Part shown: positions 19,244-29,067 of the stretch, piece after piece | Position numbering within the stretch: the stretch's first letter is position 1 | How the letters are laid out: the number at the start of each line of letters is the position of its first letter | Source: Candidatus Latescibacterota bacterium | GTDB lineage: Bacteria; Latescibacterota; UBA2968 | Direction: 5' to 3' | NCBI GenBank assembly: GCA_965204375.1 | Contig: OZ241986.1 | Span: forward strand, 2,976,001-3,040,000 | DNA: 64,000 bases | Translations under genes and position numbers: made by a program | The notes under the pieces: generated by a model | What the model was told of the DNA's origin: nothing | Databases searched by the model: none | Seen by the model: the letters and a program-made list of their open reading frames with translations, nothing else

Positions 19244-19918
19244 TCACACCCCCTCATCCCTCACTACCTCTCCATCGAGCAGATGCACAATGCGTTTGCT
19301 ATAGCCCGCCCACTTTTCCGAATGCGTCACCTGCACAATCGTTGTCCCTTCTCCGTGTAACTTAGTGAACAAATCCATCACATGCTCGCCCTGCGTCGAA
19401 TTTAAATTTCCCGTGGGTTCATCAGCCAGAATCACGCGCGGTTTAATCACCACGGCGCGTGCGACACCCACGCGCTGTTGTTCACCGCCAGACAATTGGT
19501 GGGGAAACAAATCCTTCTTCTCTACCAGATCAAACTCATCCAGCATCGCATTCACCATCTCCTCGCGTTCATCGCTCTTCACCTTCTTGTATAACAACGG
19601 CGTCTCGATATTACCGTACACAGTCAGTTCGTCAATCAAATGATAGCTCTGAAACACAAAGCCGATATTGTTCTTGTGACAATCCGACCGCTCGCGCTCG
19701 CGCATCTTATGCACGGTTTCGCCATCAAACAAGTACTCCCCTCTATTTGACGAATCCAGCATCCCCATAATATGCAACAATGTAGATTTGCCCGAACCAG
19801 AAGGCCCCATAATAGATACAAACTCCCCAGACGAAATCTCCAGATCAATCCCCTGCAACACAACCGTACGAATAAAACGCGACGAATACCACTTTTGAAT
19901 ACCCGACATCTGAATCAT
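19244..19918 (-). CDS. ABC transporter ATP-binding protein (MacB/LolD-like)
   Basis: GPSGSGKST, LSGGEQQRV, ILADEPTGNL, VTH. Confidence 0.92.
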   Translation of the reverse strand: MIQMSGIQKWYSSRFIRTVVLQGIDLEISSGEFVSIMGPSGSGKSTLLHIMGMLDSSNRGEYLFDGETVHKMRERERSDCHKNNIGFVFQSYHLIDELTVYGNIETPLLYKKVKSDEREEMVNAMLDEFDLVEKKDLFPHQLSGGEQQRVGVARAVVIKPRVILADEPTGNLNSTQGEHVMDLFTKLHGEGTTIVQVTHSEKWAGYSKRIVHLLDGEVVRDEGV

Positions 19919-20105
19919 CTCGAACCTCCTTTATAATCCACTTCTGAAAAACCGATCAAATTGTAACTCCCATCCTATGCAATATCCGTGCCAAAGTATT
20001 TATCTCATTATTTTTCAACCTGTTATAAAAAACGGCCAAATTTTACATTCCTAAAAGTGTTCGAAAATGATACACAAGTGTCCGAAAATGAACACTTAAA
20101 ACCAA

Positions 20106-21002
20106 CTATACCTTCACCTTCAATGCACCCGGAACAACCTCAATCTTCGCGGGAATCTCACACATCGGTTCGCCATCCGCAAAAATCCACAGGGAATCAT
20201 CGGACTCAATCTGCAAAGTTCTCGTCTGCACAACGCGCACAGCAGAATGACCAATATGCACGCCGGAATACGCGCTCAAAAACATCCGCAAAACCGTCCA
20301 GCGCGAAACATCTGCCACAATACACACATCCAGCACCCCATCATCAACAATAGCATCAGGTGCAATTTTGATCCCACTCCCATAAAAAGGCGCATTCGCC
20401 GTTGCCGCCAGCAAAACACACCCTTCAAAAACGCCAAAATCTCCCCGCAGACGCACAAAAGAAGATCGATATCCAGATAGTGTTCGCAAAACTGTCAGCC
20501 CATAAGACACCGTTCCCCCCACCTCCAAAGCCCGCGTGAGAAAACCGGTCCCCTGATTCCGCATCCTTTGCGCCACCGCCGTATCGAAACCCAAACTTGC
20601 AACAGTCGCAAAAAATCGGTCACCAGCTTTCCCCAGATCAATCGCGCGATCCACCCCATGCACCAGCGTATTGACAACAGCCTTCACATCTCTGGACAAC
20701 CCCAATGCCCGCGCCAAATCATTCCCGCGACCACAGGGCACAACCCCCAAAACCGCATCTGAATTTGCGAGACCATTGACCACCTCATGCACTGTCCCAT
20801 CCCCCCCACACGCAGCAACCCGTCGCCCACCTCGCGCCAACACTTCCCGCGCTAACCGCTCGCAATCGCCCAGCGCCTCCGACACCATCAAATCGGCATT
20901 TACACCGCGCTCGCGCAATAAATCCGCAACCCGCTCACCCATGCGCCCTGCACGGCCACGCCCTGAAACCGGATTTGCAATAATTGTCCAGTGATTTGAC
21001 AT
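20106..21002 (-). CDS. Diacylglycerol/lipid kinase family (YegS/BmrU)
   Basis: IANPVSG, CGGDGTVHEVVNG, PCGRGNDLAR, ADGE. Confidence 0.9.
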   Translation of the reverse strand: MSNHWTIIANPVSGRGRAGRMGERVADLLRERGVNADLMVSEALGDCERLAREVLARGGRRVAACGGDGTVHEVVNGLANSDAVLGVVPCGRGNDLARALGLSRDVKAVVNTLVHGVDRAIDLGKAGDRFFATVASLGFDTAVAQRMRNQGTGFLTRALEVGGTVSYGLTVLRTLSGYRSSFVRLRGDFGVFEGCVLLAATANAPFYGSGIKIAPDAIVDDGVLDVCIVADVSRWTVLRMFLSAYSGVHIGHSAVRVVQTRTLQIESDDSLWIFADGEPMCEIPAKIEVVPGALKVKV

Positions 21003-21180
21003 AAGATTAAAAAGAAAACTCACCTCGCAATGAGATGAGTGAAAGGTAAGTGAAATCGAATTTCTGAAGCAACTACCTCGGTAACTTCCCCGGTAACTTC
21101 TCCGGTAATTTGAACTCAAGCGTCGTACCTTCGCCTTCTTGAATAAGAATTTCAAGGTCCGAAAATGTCATGCTCTCTCC

Positions 21181-22263
21181 TTAAATCCCGAACCTCTGCT
21201 TCAATCTTTGAATCCGATTAAAAGATTCGCAAATGCGATCTTCTTCAATAACGCCATCTGCTACCGCCTGTACAATGGCATTTTTTACATCGTACACCTG
21301 ATCAATATTGTATTCCCCAATCTGGTTGGCGAGCAGAATCATATCAACACCTGCTTTTACGGCTTCAACAACCGCCTCAGTCAACCCATACGCCTCGACA
21401 ATCGCCCCCATTTGCATATCATCGGAAATAACGACCCCATCAAAGCCCATCTCATATCGGAGAAGCTTCGTCACAATATCATGCGACAAAGTTGCCGGTC
21501 TTCCACTTTTATCGAGCTTCTGATTGACAATATGCGCCGTAAGAATCGGATCGTCATAGCCCCTCTGGATGAACTTTTGATACGGCAAAAGCTCTTTCGC
21601 GCGTCGGTATGTCTCCGTAACATCAGTAACACCCAGATGCGTATCGCCCGCCGCACTTCCGTGCCCGGGAAAGTGTTTCAGCGTCGGTATCATCTGCTGT
21701 TCTTGATGCGCCTTAATAAACGCATTGGCATGCGCTATCACATCCCCCGGAACATCGCTAAATGACCGTTCTATCGCGCCAATAGCCGGGCTTTTGGAAT
21801 CTATATTCACATCGACAACCGGAGCAAAATTCCAATTAATCCCCATCTCTTTCAATTCGCGCGCAAGGGCATCTGCCACTCTTTTTGTCTTATTCGGAGA
21901 CTGCCTGCCGAGTTCTTGAGCAGACGGCACAGAAATAGTAAAACCATACGCCTCTTTCAGCCGGTTGACATACCCACCTTCTGCGTCAACCGCAATAAAG
22001 TAGGGAGCTATACCCTGAAGCGCTGAGGTCAAAGCGCGAAGTTGACGCGGAGACGTAATATTCCGCACCATCTCACCTTTGCTCGACAAATCATAGTCAA
22101 AAAGCACAACCCCACCGGGTTGAATATCCCGCAGGAGCGCAGCAATATCCCCATCTAAAACATCGCCGCGAAAACCGATCATCAGCATCTGCCCCACGGC
22201 TTCCTCTAACGCGAGACAGTCCGCGCCCTCCCGAATCGAGATTTCATGATCATCGGGCGTCAC
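21181..22263 (-). CDS. nagZ: GH3 beta-N-acetylhexosaminidase (NagZ-like)
   Basis: AVDAEGG, NFAPVVD, KHFPGHGS, DTH, VISDDMQM; GTG start overlaps the SDR stop (GTGA). Confidence 0.85.
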   Translation of the reverse strand: MTPDDHEISIREGADCLALEEAVGQMLMIGFRGDVLDGDIAALLRDIQPGGVVLFDYDLSSKGEMVRNITSPRQLRALTSALQGIAPYFIAVDAEGGYVNRLKEAYGFTISVPSAQELGRQSPNKTKRVADALARELKEMGINWNFAPVVDVNIDSKSPAIGAIERSFSDVPGDVIAHANAFIKAHQEQQMIPTLKHFPGHGSAAGDTHLGVTDVTETYRRAKELLPYQKFIQRGYDDPILTAHIVNQKLDKSGRPATLSHDIVTKLLRYEMGFDGVVISDDMQMGAIVEAYGLTEAVVEAVKAGVDMILLANQIGEYNIDQVYDVKNAIVQAVADGVIEEDRICESFNRIQRLKQRFGI

Positions 22264-23072
22264 ACCACATCCCCCAAACCCTGATCCCTCATCTTCCTCC
22301 TCACCAGCCACTCGATAATTTTAGGATGAATCAATTGCAGATAGGGCAATGCGCGGTGGTGCCAGGGAAGCACCAATTCGCGCTTCTGTTTTCGCATCGC
22401 TTTCAAAATTGCCACGCAACAATATTTAAGAGAAAGTGCCTCTTTGTTGTGCCGCTGTGAGGAATCGCCCAGTACTTCGCCATCCTTCCCAAAAGCGTGC
22501 CGCCTCAAATTTGTTCCCTGAAGCCAATGCGGCAAAACCGTCAACACATGCACATCTCCAACTTCCAGGCGCAGGGCGTTTAAAAAACCCAGCACCGCGT
22601 GCTTTGACGCGCCATATCCCGTGTGCAAAGGCACGCCAAACTTGCTCTGCAAAGATGCAATGGCCACAATCATACCCTTCGAAACTTTCAAATGTGGCAA
22701 TGCCGCATGCACGCAATAGACCAGACCGAGATAATTGGTCTCCATCAACTTGCGAAACACCTCCAAATCTTCTACCTCATCAAACCGCGCCCACATACTG
22801 ATCCCGGCATTGGCAATCAAATAATCGATGCGACCATAAGCAGCAACCGTCGCCTCAATCAATTGTTCGCAATCTTCGATCTTCGTAACATCCCCCACCA
22901 CTGTCACCACCTGTGCGCCCAAATCCCGACACTGCTCAGCCGTCTCGCCCAGCTTTTCCTCTCGCCGTGCAAATAATGTTAGGTGTGCGCCCTGTTTCGC
23001 CAATTCCAGAGCCAACGCAGCCCCAAGCCCCGAAGACGCGCCTGTAATAATCGCTACCTTATCCCTAAACAT
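22260..23072 (-). CDS. SDR oxidoreductase, DHRS7B/11beta-HSD1-like; candidate acyl/alkyl-DHAP reductase
   Basis: TGASSGLG, ANAG, YGASK; IVAIASLQSKFGVPLHTGYGASKHAVLGFLNALRLE matches the DHRS7-type signature. Confidence 0.85.
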   Translation of the reverse strand: MFRDKVAIITGASSGLGAALALELAKQGAHLTLFARREEKLGETAEQCRDLGAQVVTVVGDVTKIEDCEQLIEATVAAYGRIDYLIANAGISMWARFDEVEDLEVFRKLMETNYLGLVYCVHAALPHLKVSKGMIVAIASLQSKFGVPLHTGYGASKHAVLGFLNALRLEVGDVHVLTVLPHWLQGTNLRRHAFGKDGEVLGDSSQRHNKEALSLKYCCVAILKAMRKQKRELVLPWHHRALPYLQLIHPKIIEWLVRRKMRDQGLGDVV

Positions 23073-23376
23073 CGCGCCACTCAAAATTGGTCCTTTCCAT
23101 TCTTTCAAGTGCCCGCTCAAAGCTGACGAGGCGGCGAATGAGACTGTTGTAGCGGGAATGTGTGTCTCCGGGATACATGGCACCAAGGGCCTTGTAGAGC
23201 GCGAGTTCCGGCTGGTCCGGCAACGCCACCTGGGGAATCTCCAAACCAGCAGCACGCAGACGTGTCGCACCAATAGCGACGAGCAAGGCTTCGACCGTCA
23301 TCTCACCGCGCTGCAACGCTTCAATGCCCGACATCACGAGATCTGCACCGGGCAGATTTTTTGGCACCCTATTCAT
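23065..23376 (-). CDS. Hypothetical protein of a type recalled as partner of nucleotidyltransferase (DUF6036-like) genes
   Basis: LPGADLV..GI..L..GE.TVEALLVAIG..RLR..GL...HSRYNSLIRRLVSFERALE; translationally coupled on both sides. Confidence 0.65.
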   Translation of the reverse strand: MNRVPKNLPGADLVMSGIEALQRGEMTVEALLVAIGATRLRAAGLEIPQVALPDQPELALYKALGAMYPGDTHSRYNSLIRRLVSFERALERMERTNFEWRDV

Positions 23377-23429
23377 TGCTCCTCCATCGCGTTCACCGCA
23401 TTCCGCACCTTCACGGTCGTTTCTCGCAT
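23373..23429 (-). pseudogene. 18-aa mini-ORF, probable internal-deletion remnant
   Basis: SD GAGAGGA, MRETTVKVRNAVNAMEEQ*, ATGA overlap with the next gene. Confidence 0.4.
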
Positions 23430-23455
23430 GGTATCGGCGTTCCTCTCACTGTCAC

Positions 23456-25291
23456 TCAATCCGCAAACGCCCCATTGCCAATGGCAAAAATATTATTTGG
23501 ATCCATCGCCTTTTTCATTTGCCGCAACACTGCAATGCTATTTTCGCTTTGAATCTGCGGCAAAAATCCACTGCGGAGCTTGCCCACGCCGTGATGGTGT
23601 GACAAAGACCCGCCGTGGTCTAAAATCTCCTGTCGCAACTGGCGCTCAATCGCGTGATAAACGCCAACCGAATCCTCAAGCCCCTGCGCACAAAAACCCA
23701 TAGTAAAATAAATGCACACGCCCGTGTGATAGGTCTGCGTCACGCGATAAGCCAGAAAGGGCTTGCCCGGCACGCCGTATTCTTCACACAAAACAACCAA
23801 CTTCTTTTCCACCGCACCAATAACATCGTGAATATTAGTCCACGGCACAGAAGTTTCAAATGTCTCGCCCAAAATGTGAAACTGAGTGAAAAAATCGCGA
23901 ATATACGCAATCCCAAACGTCAACATATACCCTCGCTCGCCTCTGTGCGCCCCGCCCGAAATACCGCCGTATTTCTTCGCCAAACGGAAAATCGTCTTTG
24001 CCTGCTGCCGAACCTCGTCTTTTGTGCCCTCCATCACAATCGTACACGCCACCAACTGCTTTGGATCAAACCCCTTGATCTTAACCAAAAAAAATTGCTG
24101 AATATCCTGCTGCAGTTTCTTGAACCCTTTTGCCTCGGGCTTCAGCGCCTGCCCAAGTTGTAATTCCGTATTGTTCACCAGCCGAATACTCGCTGGAACT
24201 TGCCCCGTTGGCCGAAGTGCTTTTAAGTAACTTACACCTCGTTCAAATGACGGAAACACCAGCGAGCCAAACTCCTGTGCCTCGGGCTGTTTGTGGATCT
24301 TTATCGTCGCCCGGGTAATAATCCCCAAATTGCCCTCACTCCCAAACAAAAACGACCGGGGTTGCACACCTGTCGAATTGCGCGGCGTTGCATGGTGTGT
24401 CTCCACCTCCCCTGTTGGCGTCACAAGCGTGGCCTCTATCACAATATCCTCAATATTGCCATACCGATTCTTTTTCATACCGCTGGCATTGGTCGCAATC
24501 CATCCCCCCAGAGTTGAAAACTCCAGACTATCTGGATCGTGTCCCGACGTGTACCCCAACTCATTCAGCGCAATCTCCAATTGCTTACCCGAAATACCCG
24601 CCTGCACACACGCTTGAAAATTCTCTTCATCCACCTGCACAATGCGATTCATGCGACGCATATCCACCGACGCGACCATTCGCGTCTCCAAAGTCGGAAT
24701 TGCGAGCGCACCGCTCACATTCGTCCCGCCACCATAGGGCACCAGCACCACATTGTGTTCATTTGCAAGCTGAATAATAGCCTGAATATCTGTGTCTTCC
24801 TCCGGGAACAACACCACATCCACCAGGCGTTCGGGCGGCCGATGATACAAAATTTGATACACCTCATCCACACTCAACTGCCCGTGGCTATGCACCAGAC
24901 GCTCTGTGTCCTCTTGAGAAACCCCATCTTCATTGAGCGCATCGCGCACCGCCCTCAAAAATTCGTCATTTGCGACAGGCGCGGGCAAATCGCGATGCTC
25001 GACCTCTTGCCCCATATCTTCGGGACGGATCGGCACATCGAGCACCTCTTCGACAAAAGGCAAAAAATACGGCATCCGATAGCCACACAACGGATACCGC
25101 GTTCCCGTCACATGCACGGTCCTGTCATCGTCAAACTCAAACCGCGTATCCTCATACCCCCACTTGTGAGCAAACCGCTCGCCTTCTGCTGCTCCATCAG
25201 AAAAACGGCCTTTACTGGCAAAAGCGCGACGCCCTCGAACGAACAAAAATACCAGCGCCAGTAAAAATGCGACAACCATCAGTTCATTCAT
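23456..25291 (-). CDS. agpS: Alkyl-dihydroxyacetonephosphate synthase (eukaryote-type AGPS/ADHAPS), FAD-linked, N-terminal membrane anchor
   Basis: GHDPDSLEFSTLGGWIATNASGMKKNRYGNIED, GSEGNLGIIT, PASIRL, RGYMLTFGIAYIRD, ETFETSVPW, RVTQTYHTGVCIYF, GGSLSHHHGVGKLR all track animal AGPS motifs. Confidence 0.88.
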   Translation of the reverse strand: MNELMVVAFLLALVFLFVRGRRAFASKGRFSDGAAEGERFAHKWGYEDTRFEFDDDRTVHVTGTRYPLCGYRMPYFLPFVEEVLDVPIRPEDMGQEVEHRDLPAPVANDEFLRAVRDALNEDGVSQEDTERLVHSHGQLSVDEVYQILYHRPPERLVDVVLFPEEDTDIQAIIQLANEHNVVLVPYGGGTNVSGALAIPTLETRMVASVDMRRMNRIVQVDEENFQACVQAGISGKQLEIALNELGYTSGHDPDSLEFSTLGGWIATNASGMKKNRYGNIEDIVIEATLVTPTGEVETHHATPRNSTGVQPRSFLFGSEGNLGIITRATIKIHKQPEAQEFGSLVFPSFERGVSYLKALRPTGQVPASIRLVNNTELQLGQALKPEAKGFKKLQQDIQQFFLVKIKGFDPKQLVACTIVMEGTKDEVRQQAKTIFRLAKKYGGISGGAHRGERGYMLTFGIAYIRDFFTQFHILGETFETSVPWTNIHDVIGAVEKKLVVLCEEYGVPGKPFLAYRVTQTYHTGVCIYFTMGFCAQGLEDSVGVYHAIERQLRQEILDHGGSLSHHHGVGKLRSGFLPQIQSENSIAVLRQMKKAMDPNNIFAIGNGAFAD

Positions 25292-25309
25292 TTCATACCT
25301 CGCAAAATG

Positions 25310-25453
25310 CGAATAGACGAATAGACGAATAGACGAACCCCGCCCAACCACCCAAAACCTCTGGATTGCGACTTAAAGCATGCCGCAATGACGATGGATG
25401 GGATTGATCGCTGATTTTTGACCACTGACCGTTGATTCGTTGATTCGTTGATT
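25310..25453. repeat. Intergenic element with (CGAATAGA)n ... (CGTTGATT)n ends
   Basis: Three cgaataga units at 25310, ccaaccacccaaa core, three cgttgatt units at 25430; related to 45489-45652. Confidence 0.7.
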
Positions 25454-27393
25454 TAAGACTCTTCCGGATTCAACAACGTCGCAATATGCACCGCTTGAAA
25501 CAGCGCAGCAGCCTCGGACTGAATCCGCAGCGACCGTCTTTTGGGCAACAGGGTCGTCTCCCCCAGCATAGGCGGCGAGACCCACACATCGACCTGCCCC
25601 GGATTGATATTGATATTGCCCTTTGGACACTTGGGCCACAGCGCATGAAGCCCGCGGTACGCAATCGGCACAATCACCACATCCTGGGGCAACTGTGCAA
25701 ACACTCCGTGTTGAAGTGGAAATTGCTGAATCGCAAAAGCCGCGGTCGTCGCCATGGGATAAATAACGCCCGGTCGCTCTGTCAATGCCTGTGCCACGCG
25801 CTGTGTCGTATGGCCCGCAGCATGGGACCGCTCGAGCATCACATAGCCATCGACATTTTCCAGAATCTGATCAAAAACCTCAGACGTCATCCCAAACTGC
25901 GTGATCTGTTTCGATCCAATTTTAATACCCGAACGCGCCAGCCCCGTGCGCGCCAAAATCACACACGGTTCGGGTCTTTCCCATCCCATCGCATTCAAAA
26001 ATTCTCGAGACTGCAAAACCCTGTACAAAACGGGATGATCAAACAAACTCTGATGCGTTGGCAAAAAAATAAGACGCCGATCTTCCGCATCAGCTCCCAA
26101 ATCTCGTACAATAGCTTCAAAATGGGGATCGATATAAATATCGATGCGAATATCAAAAATATCCAGTGTGCGACGCCCCCAATCGAGCCAGGTGCGCCAT
26201 CCGGCTTCGCGACGACGAATGGGATCGGATTCTCTTTCCAACAATTTCTTTTTTTCTCGCCCCACCTTGAGTGAAGTCCCCATCCACCTCACAAAACGCA
26301 TCCCTCTCTGCAATTTCGAAAATTGCCCTCGACGCCCGACACTGGGATATTCCAAAAATCGCCCTCGCGCCGTATCTGCGAGCAAAGCGGGAATTTCTAC
26401 ACGCGAAATTTTTTGCCCAACGCGATCGATTTGCGCATTCACATCGCATATCAGCCTAACTGACAAATCAATCATATCCCGCGTTAAATAACTATATTCC
26501 TGCCCATACCAATACAGCCTGGGACGCAACCTGGTGGGATCTTCCTGATGCGCGTGCAAAAATTCAATCAACAGCGCCTTGATGTGCAACACATCATCAT
26601 CTATCCCAGCCAGATCCGCATCGTCGCGCAACTGCGCCAAAGCCACCTCTGCATCCACAATAACCTTCCACACCGACACGCCAAACCAGCCAAAATTCGT
26701 CAAATAATTATACCGCGTTGAGAGCAACCCCCCCGCGGCGATCAAATTGAGCGTGCGCTGTGCCACATCTTGCAACAAATCGCGCAAAGTGCCCTCAATC
26801 CGCTCGCTATCTCGTTCACAACTGTACTCCTCGGCCCAGTGTTCGTCCTCATCCGCCTCCACATTGTCGAGCGCCTCTGCAACGGCGCGGGCGTGCGACA
26901 TCGGCACCTGTGTAATATGCACCTGGGCCAATGCCTCTTCCACGGCTTCGGGCGCGTGCAACTCCGCCTGTGCCAGAGCCTTCAAATACAGGGATTGATA
27001 CAACCTCAAAAAGTCTTTCGCATCCCCGTGTCCGCGCTCAATAAATTGTCGTCTGAGTTGCAAATACATTCGGCTGCCCGTGTGATATTGCGGAAGCAAC
27101 GCCGCAAAAGGACGATACGCCTCGTCCAAACGATCATCGCGAACCTCCGGCAGACCTTGAAAAATCGCATCTACAAGCTGCACGCGAAATTGCAGTGCCT
27201 CCATATCCATCGCTCCGCTCTGACTTTTGGGCCAGACCACCGCATCTGCATCGAGGTCGTCAAAATAGCCATCGTGACGCACCGCTTCGAGCATAAGCTG
27301 AACCGATTGATCATAAATAGCCAACATCTGCTCCAGATCGTCGAGCAGCGCTTCGTGCAATGGGCGAGTATCCGATCTATCGCGTGAGGTCAT
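25453..27393 (-). CDS. Glycerolipid acyltransferase (PlsB/PlsC/GNPAT superfamily) with large N-terminal helical extension
   Basis: LIFLPTHQSLFDH (HxxxxD), VIYPMATT (deviant motif III), VVIVPIAYRG, VWVSPPM. Confidence 0.75.
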   Translation of the reverse strand: MTSRDRSDTRPLHEALLDDLEQMLAIYDQSVQLMLEAVRHDGYFDDLDADAVVWPKSQSGAMDMEALQFRVQLVDAIFQGLPEVRDDRLDEAYRPFAALLPQYHTGSRMYLQLRRQFIERGHGDAKDFLRLYQSLYLKALAQAELHAPEAVEEALAQVHITQVPMSHARAVAEALDNVEADEDEHWAEEYSCERDSERIEGTLRDLLQDVAQRTLNLIAAGGLLSTRYNYLTNFGWFGVSVWKVIVDAEVALAQLRDDADLAGIDDDVLHIKALLIEFLHAHQEDPTRLRPRLYWYGQEYSYLTRDMIDLSVRLICDVNAQIDRVGQKISRVEIPALLADTARGRFLEYPSVGRRGQFSKLQRGMRFVRWMGTSLKVGREKKKLLERESDPIRRREAGWRTWLDWGRRTLDIFDIRIDIYIDPHFEAIVRDLGADAEDRRLIFLPTHQSLFDHPVLYRVLQSREFLNAMGWERPEPCVILARTGLARSGIKIGSKQITQFGMTSEVFDQILENVDGYVMLERSHAAGHTTQRVAQALTERPGVIYPMATTAAFAIQQFPLQHGVFAQLPQDVVIVPIAYRGLHALWPKCPKGNININPGQVDVWVSPPMLGETTLLPKRRSLRIQSEAAALFQAVHIATLLNPEES

Positions 27394-27402
27394 GAGAGAA
27401 AC

Positions 27403-29007
27403 CTAAGCACCTGTCTTGAGCACATGGCGTTGCAAGCCGGGAATATGCACCTCTTTTACATAAGAGGGCCAATCTATGCGCGAAACATCACAATTAAAAA
27501 TCTCTTTATCTTCTGCATCCATGCTGTCAAACAACCGATTCATATTGTCGTTTTGAAATACGCAATCCAGAGAAATATAAGAACCGTAAATATCGGTAAG
27601 CGACAGTGTATTTTCCAAAGTGGCATTCAAAATCGATAATTGGCGTTTCTGCTTTGAAACATCGACCAGCGGCACCAAATTCAGTGCCCGTTGCAAAATT
27701 TTGAGTGGCAACAAATACTTATAGCGCAACTTGCGACGAAATTGTGACAGTGTCGGATAGGTCCACGGCGTCACCACAATGGGTTTGCCATTGCGATCGC
27801 GCATTGGATTGTTCACAAAATACTCGTACACATATTGGACGACCTCACCTACCGTCACCGGATTCTTTGCACTTGTTGTCACATGATAAACCTTCAAATC
27901 GGCATTTTCACGAATGAAAGGCAAAACACCGATAATCACATTGATAATAATATCCACAGGAATAACGTCTAAAACCGCTTCTGGACGTGCGGGAAAATCC
28001 CTCAAACGCCCCTTGCCGTAGTGTGCAATAAGCGGGTCGGCCACTTTTAGCCCCTCCAGCCATCCCGGCTCTGGATCGGACAAACTGCTCTCAATAATAG
28101 AAGGACGCACAATCACAGTTGGCAAATCGTCCCGGGTCTTGGCAATCATCTGCTCGCCCATGGCCTTGGTAAAAGAATAACTGTCGTGCCAGCCCAACTC
28201 TCGCCCGCGCTTTATGCCGCGTGCCACCATCCGTTCTCGCACCCAGCGCAGGCGCAAAGCCTCCAACTGGTGTTCCCGCCGATGCGCTGTAACGCGCTTG
28301 CCCCGATCCTGCCGGTCCAGCAACCGCGTAAATTCCGCAAACCGCTCGGGACTCCGCGACGCCGCCTCTACTTCGCGGCTATACGCCAGAATATCTTCAA
28401 TTTCCGAATCCAGACTATAATCGGGCGCGCGACCATTTCCCATCTGTTGTGCCACAGTTTGATCGGGCACGGGCGCGTCTTCAGAAATGTTCCGCTTTTG
28501 CCGCCCATTGACATAAGCCGTTGAAACATGCACGAGCACAGCATCTCGACACGCCTTGGCAAATTCGACCACGCGTCTGGCCCCAAGTGTATTTTGCGTC
28601 AGAGCCGTATCCAGTGGCTCGTCAAAAACCACATTGGCTGCACTGTTAATCACAATATCGACTTCACGGGTCAACCGCGCATATGTCCCGGCATCCATGC
28701 CGAGGTGGTCTTGTGTCAAATCGCTCGGCACGGCAATGACTTTTTCGCGCATCACAGCATCAAAACGATCCCCGAGTTCTGCACGCAATCGCGCAAAGGC
28801 ACTGGATTGCAAAATCTCCTTTTGCAGCCGGTCTTCGGCACTAATGGTCTTGCCCCCTCCCCGCCTTTGGGGACGCACCATCAGATAAATGCGCCCAACA
28901 TCTGGCACATGGCAAAGGATTTTTTCCACCAATCCCTTGCCCAAAAAACCAGTTGCACCCGTAACAAAAAGAACCTTGTGGTTCAAAAATGGAATAACGA
29001 CACTCAT
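27403..29007 (-). CDS. Alcohol-forming fatty acyl-CoA reductase (FAR; NAD_binding_4 + Sterile domain)
   Basis: TGATGFLGK, HVSTAYV, YSFTKAMGE (YxxxK), IVRPSIIES, C-terminal FNCDVSRIDWPSY..HIPGL. Confidence 0.9.
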   Translation of the reverse strand: MSVVIPFLNHKVLFVTGATGFLGKGLVEKILCHVPDVGRIYLMVRPQRRGGGKTISAEDRLQKEILQSSAFARLRAELGDRFDAVMREKVIAVPSDLTQDHLGMDAGTYARLTREVDIVINSAANVVFDEPLDTALTQNTLGARRVVEFAKACRDAVLVHVSTAYVNGRQKRNISEDAPVPDQTVAQQMGNGRAPDYSLDSEIEDILAYSREVEAASRSPERFAEFTRLLDRQDRGKRVTAHRREHQLEALRLRWVRERMVARGIKRGRELGWHDSYSFTKAMGEQMIAKTRDDLPTVIVRPSIIESSLSDPEPGWLEGLKVADPLIAHYGKGRLRDFPARPEAVLDVIPVDIIINVIIGVLPFIRENADLKVYHVTTSAKNPVTVGEVVQYVYEYFVNNPMRDRNGKPIVVTPWTYPTLSQFRRKLRYKYLLPLKILQRALNLVPLVDVSKQKRQLSILNATLENTLSLTDIYGSYISLDCVFQNDNMNRLFDSMDAEDKEIFNCDVSRIDWPSYVKEVHIPGLQRHVLKTGA

Positions 29008-29067
29008 AAAAAGACCCCGGCATACCAAAAAAATTAAAATGCAACAGCACTAAAAACCACCTTCCCA

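Noticed and set aside
21003-21155. N-terminal extension of the kinase with SYRG repeats (12-bp tandem repeat ~21077-21110)
   Set aside because: The family domain starts at MSNHWT (21002); the three-unit repeat is intergenic and has no supportable function.
23456-25291. Generic GlcD/D-lactate dehydrogenase annotation
   Set aside because: AGPS-specific motifs and the FAR/acyltransferase context fit alkyl-DHAP synthase better.
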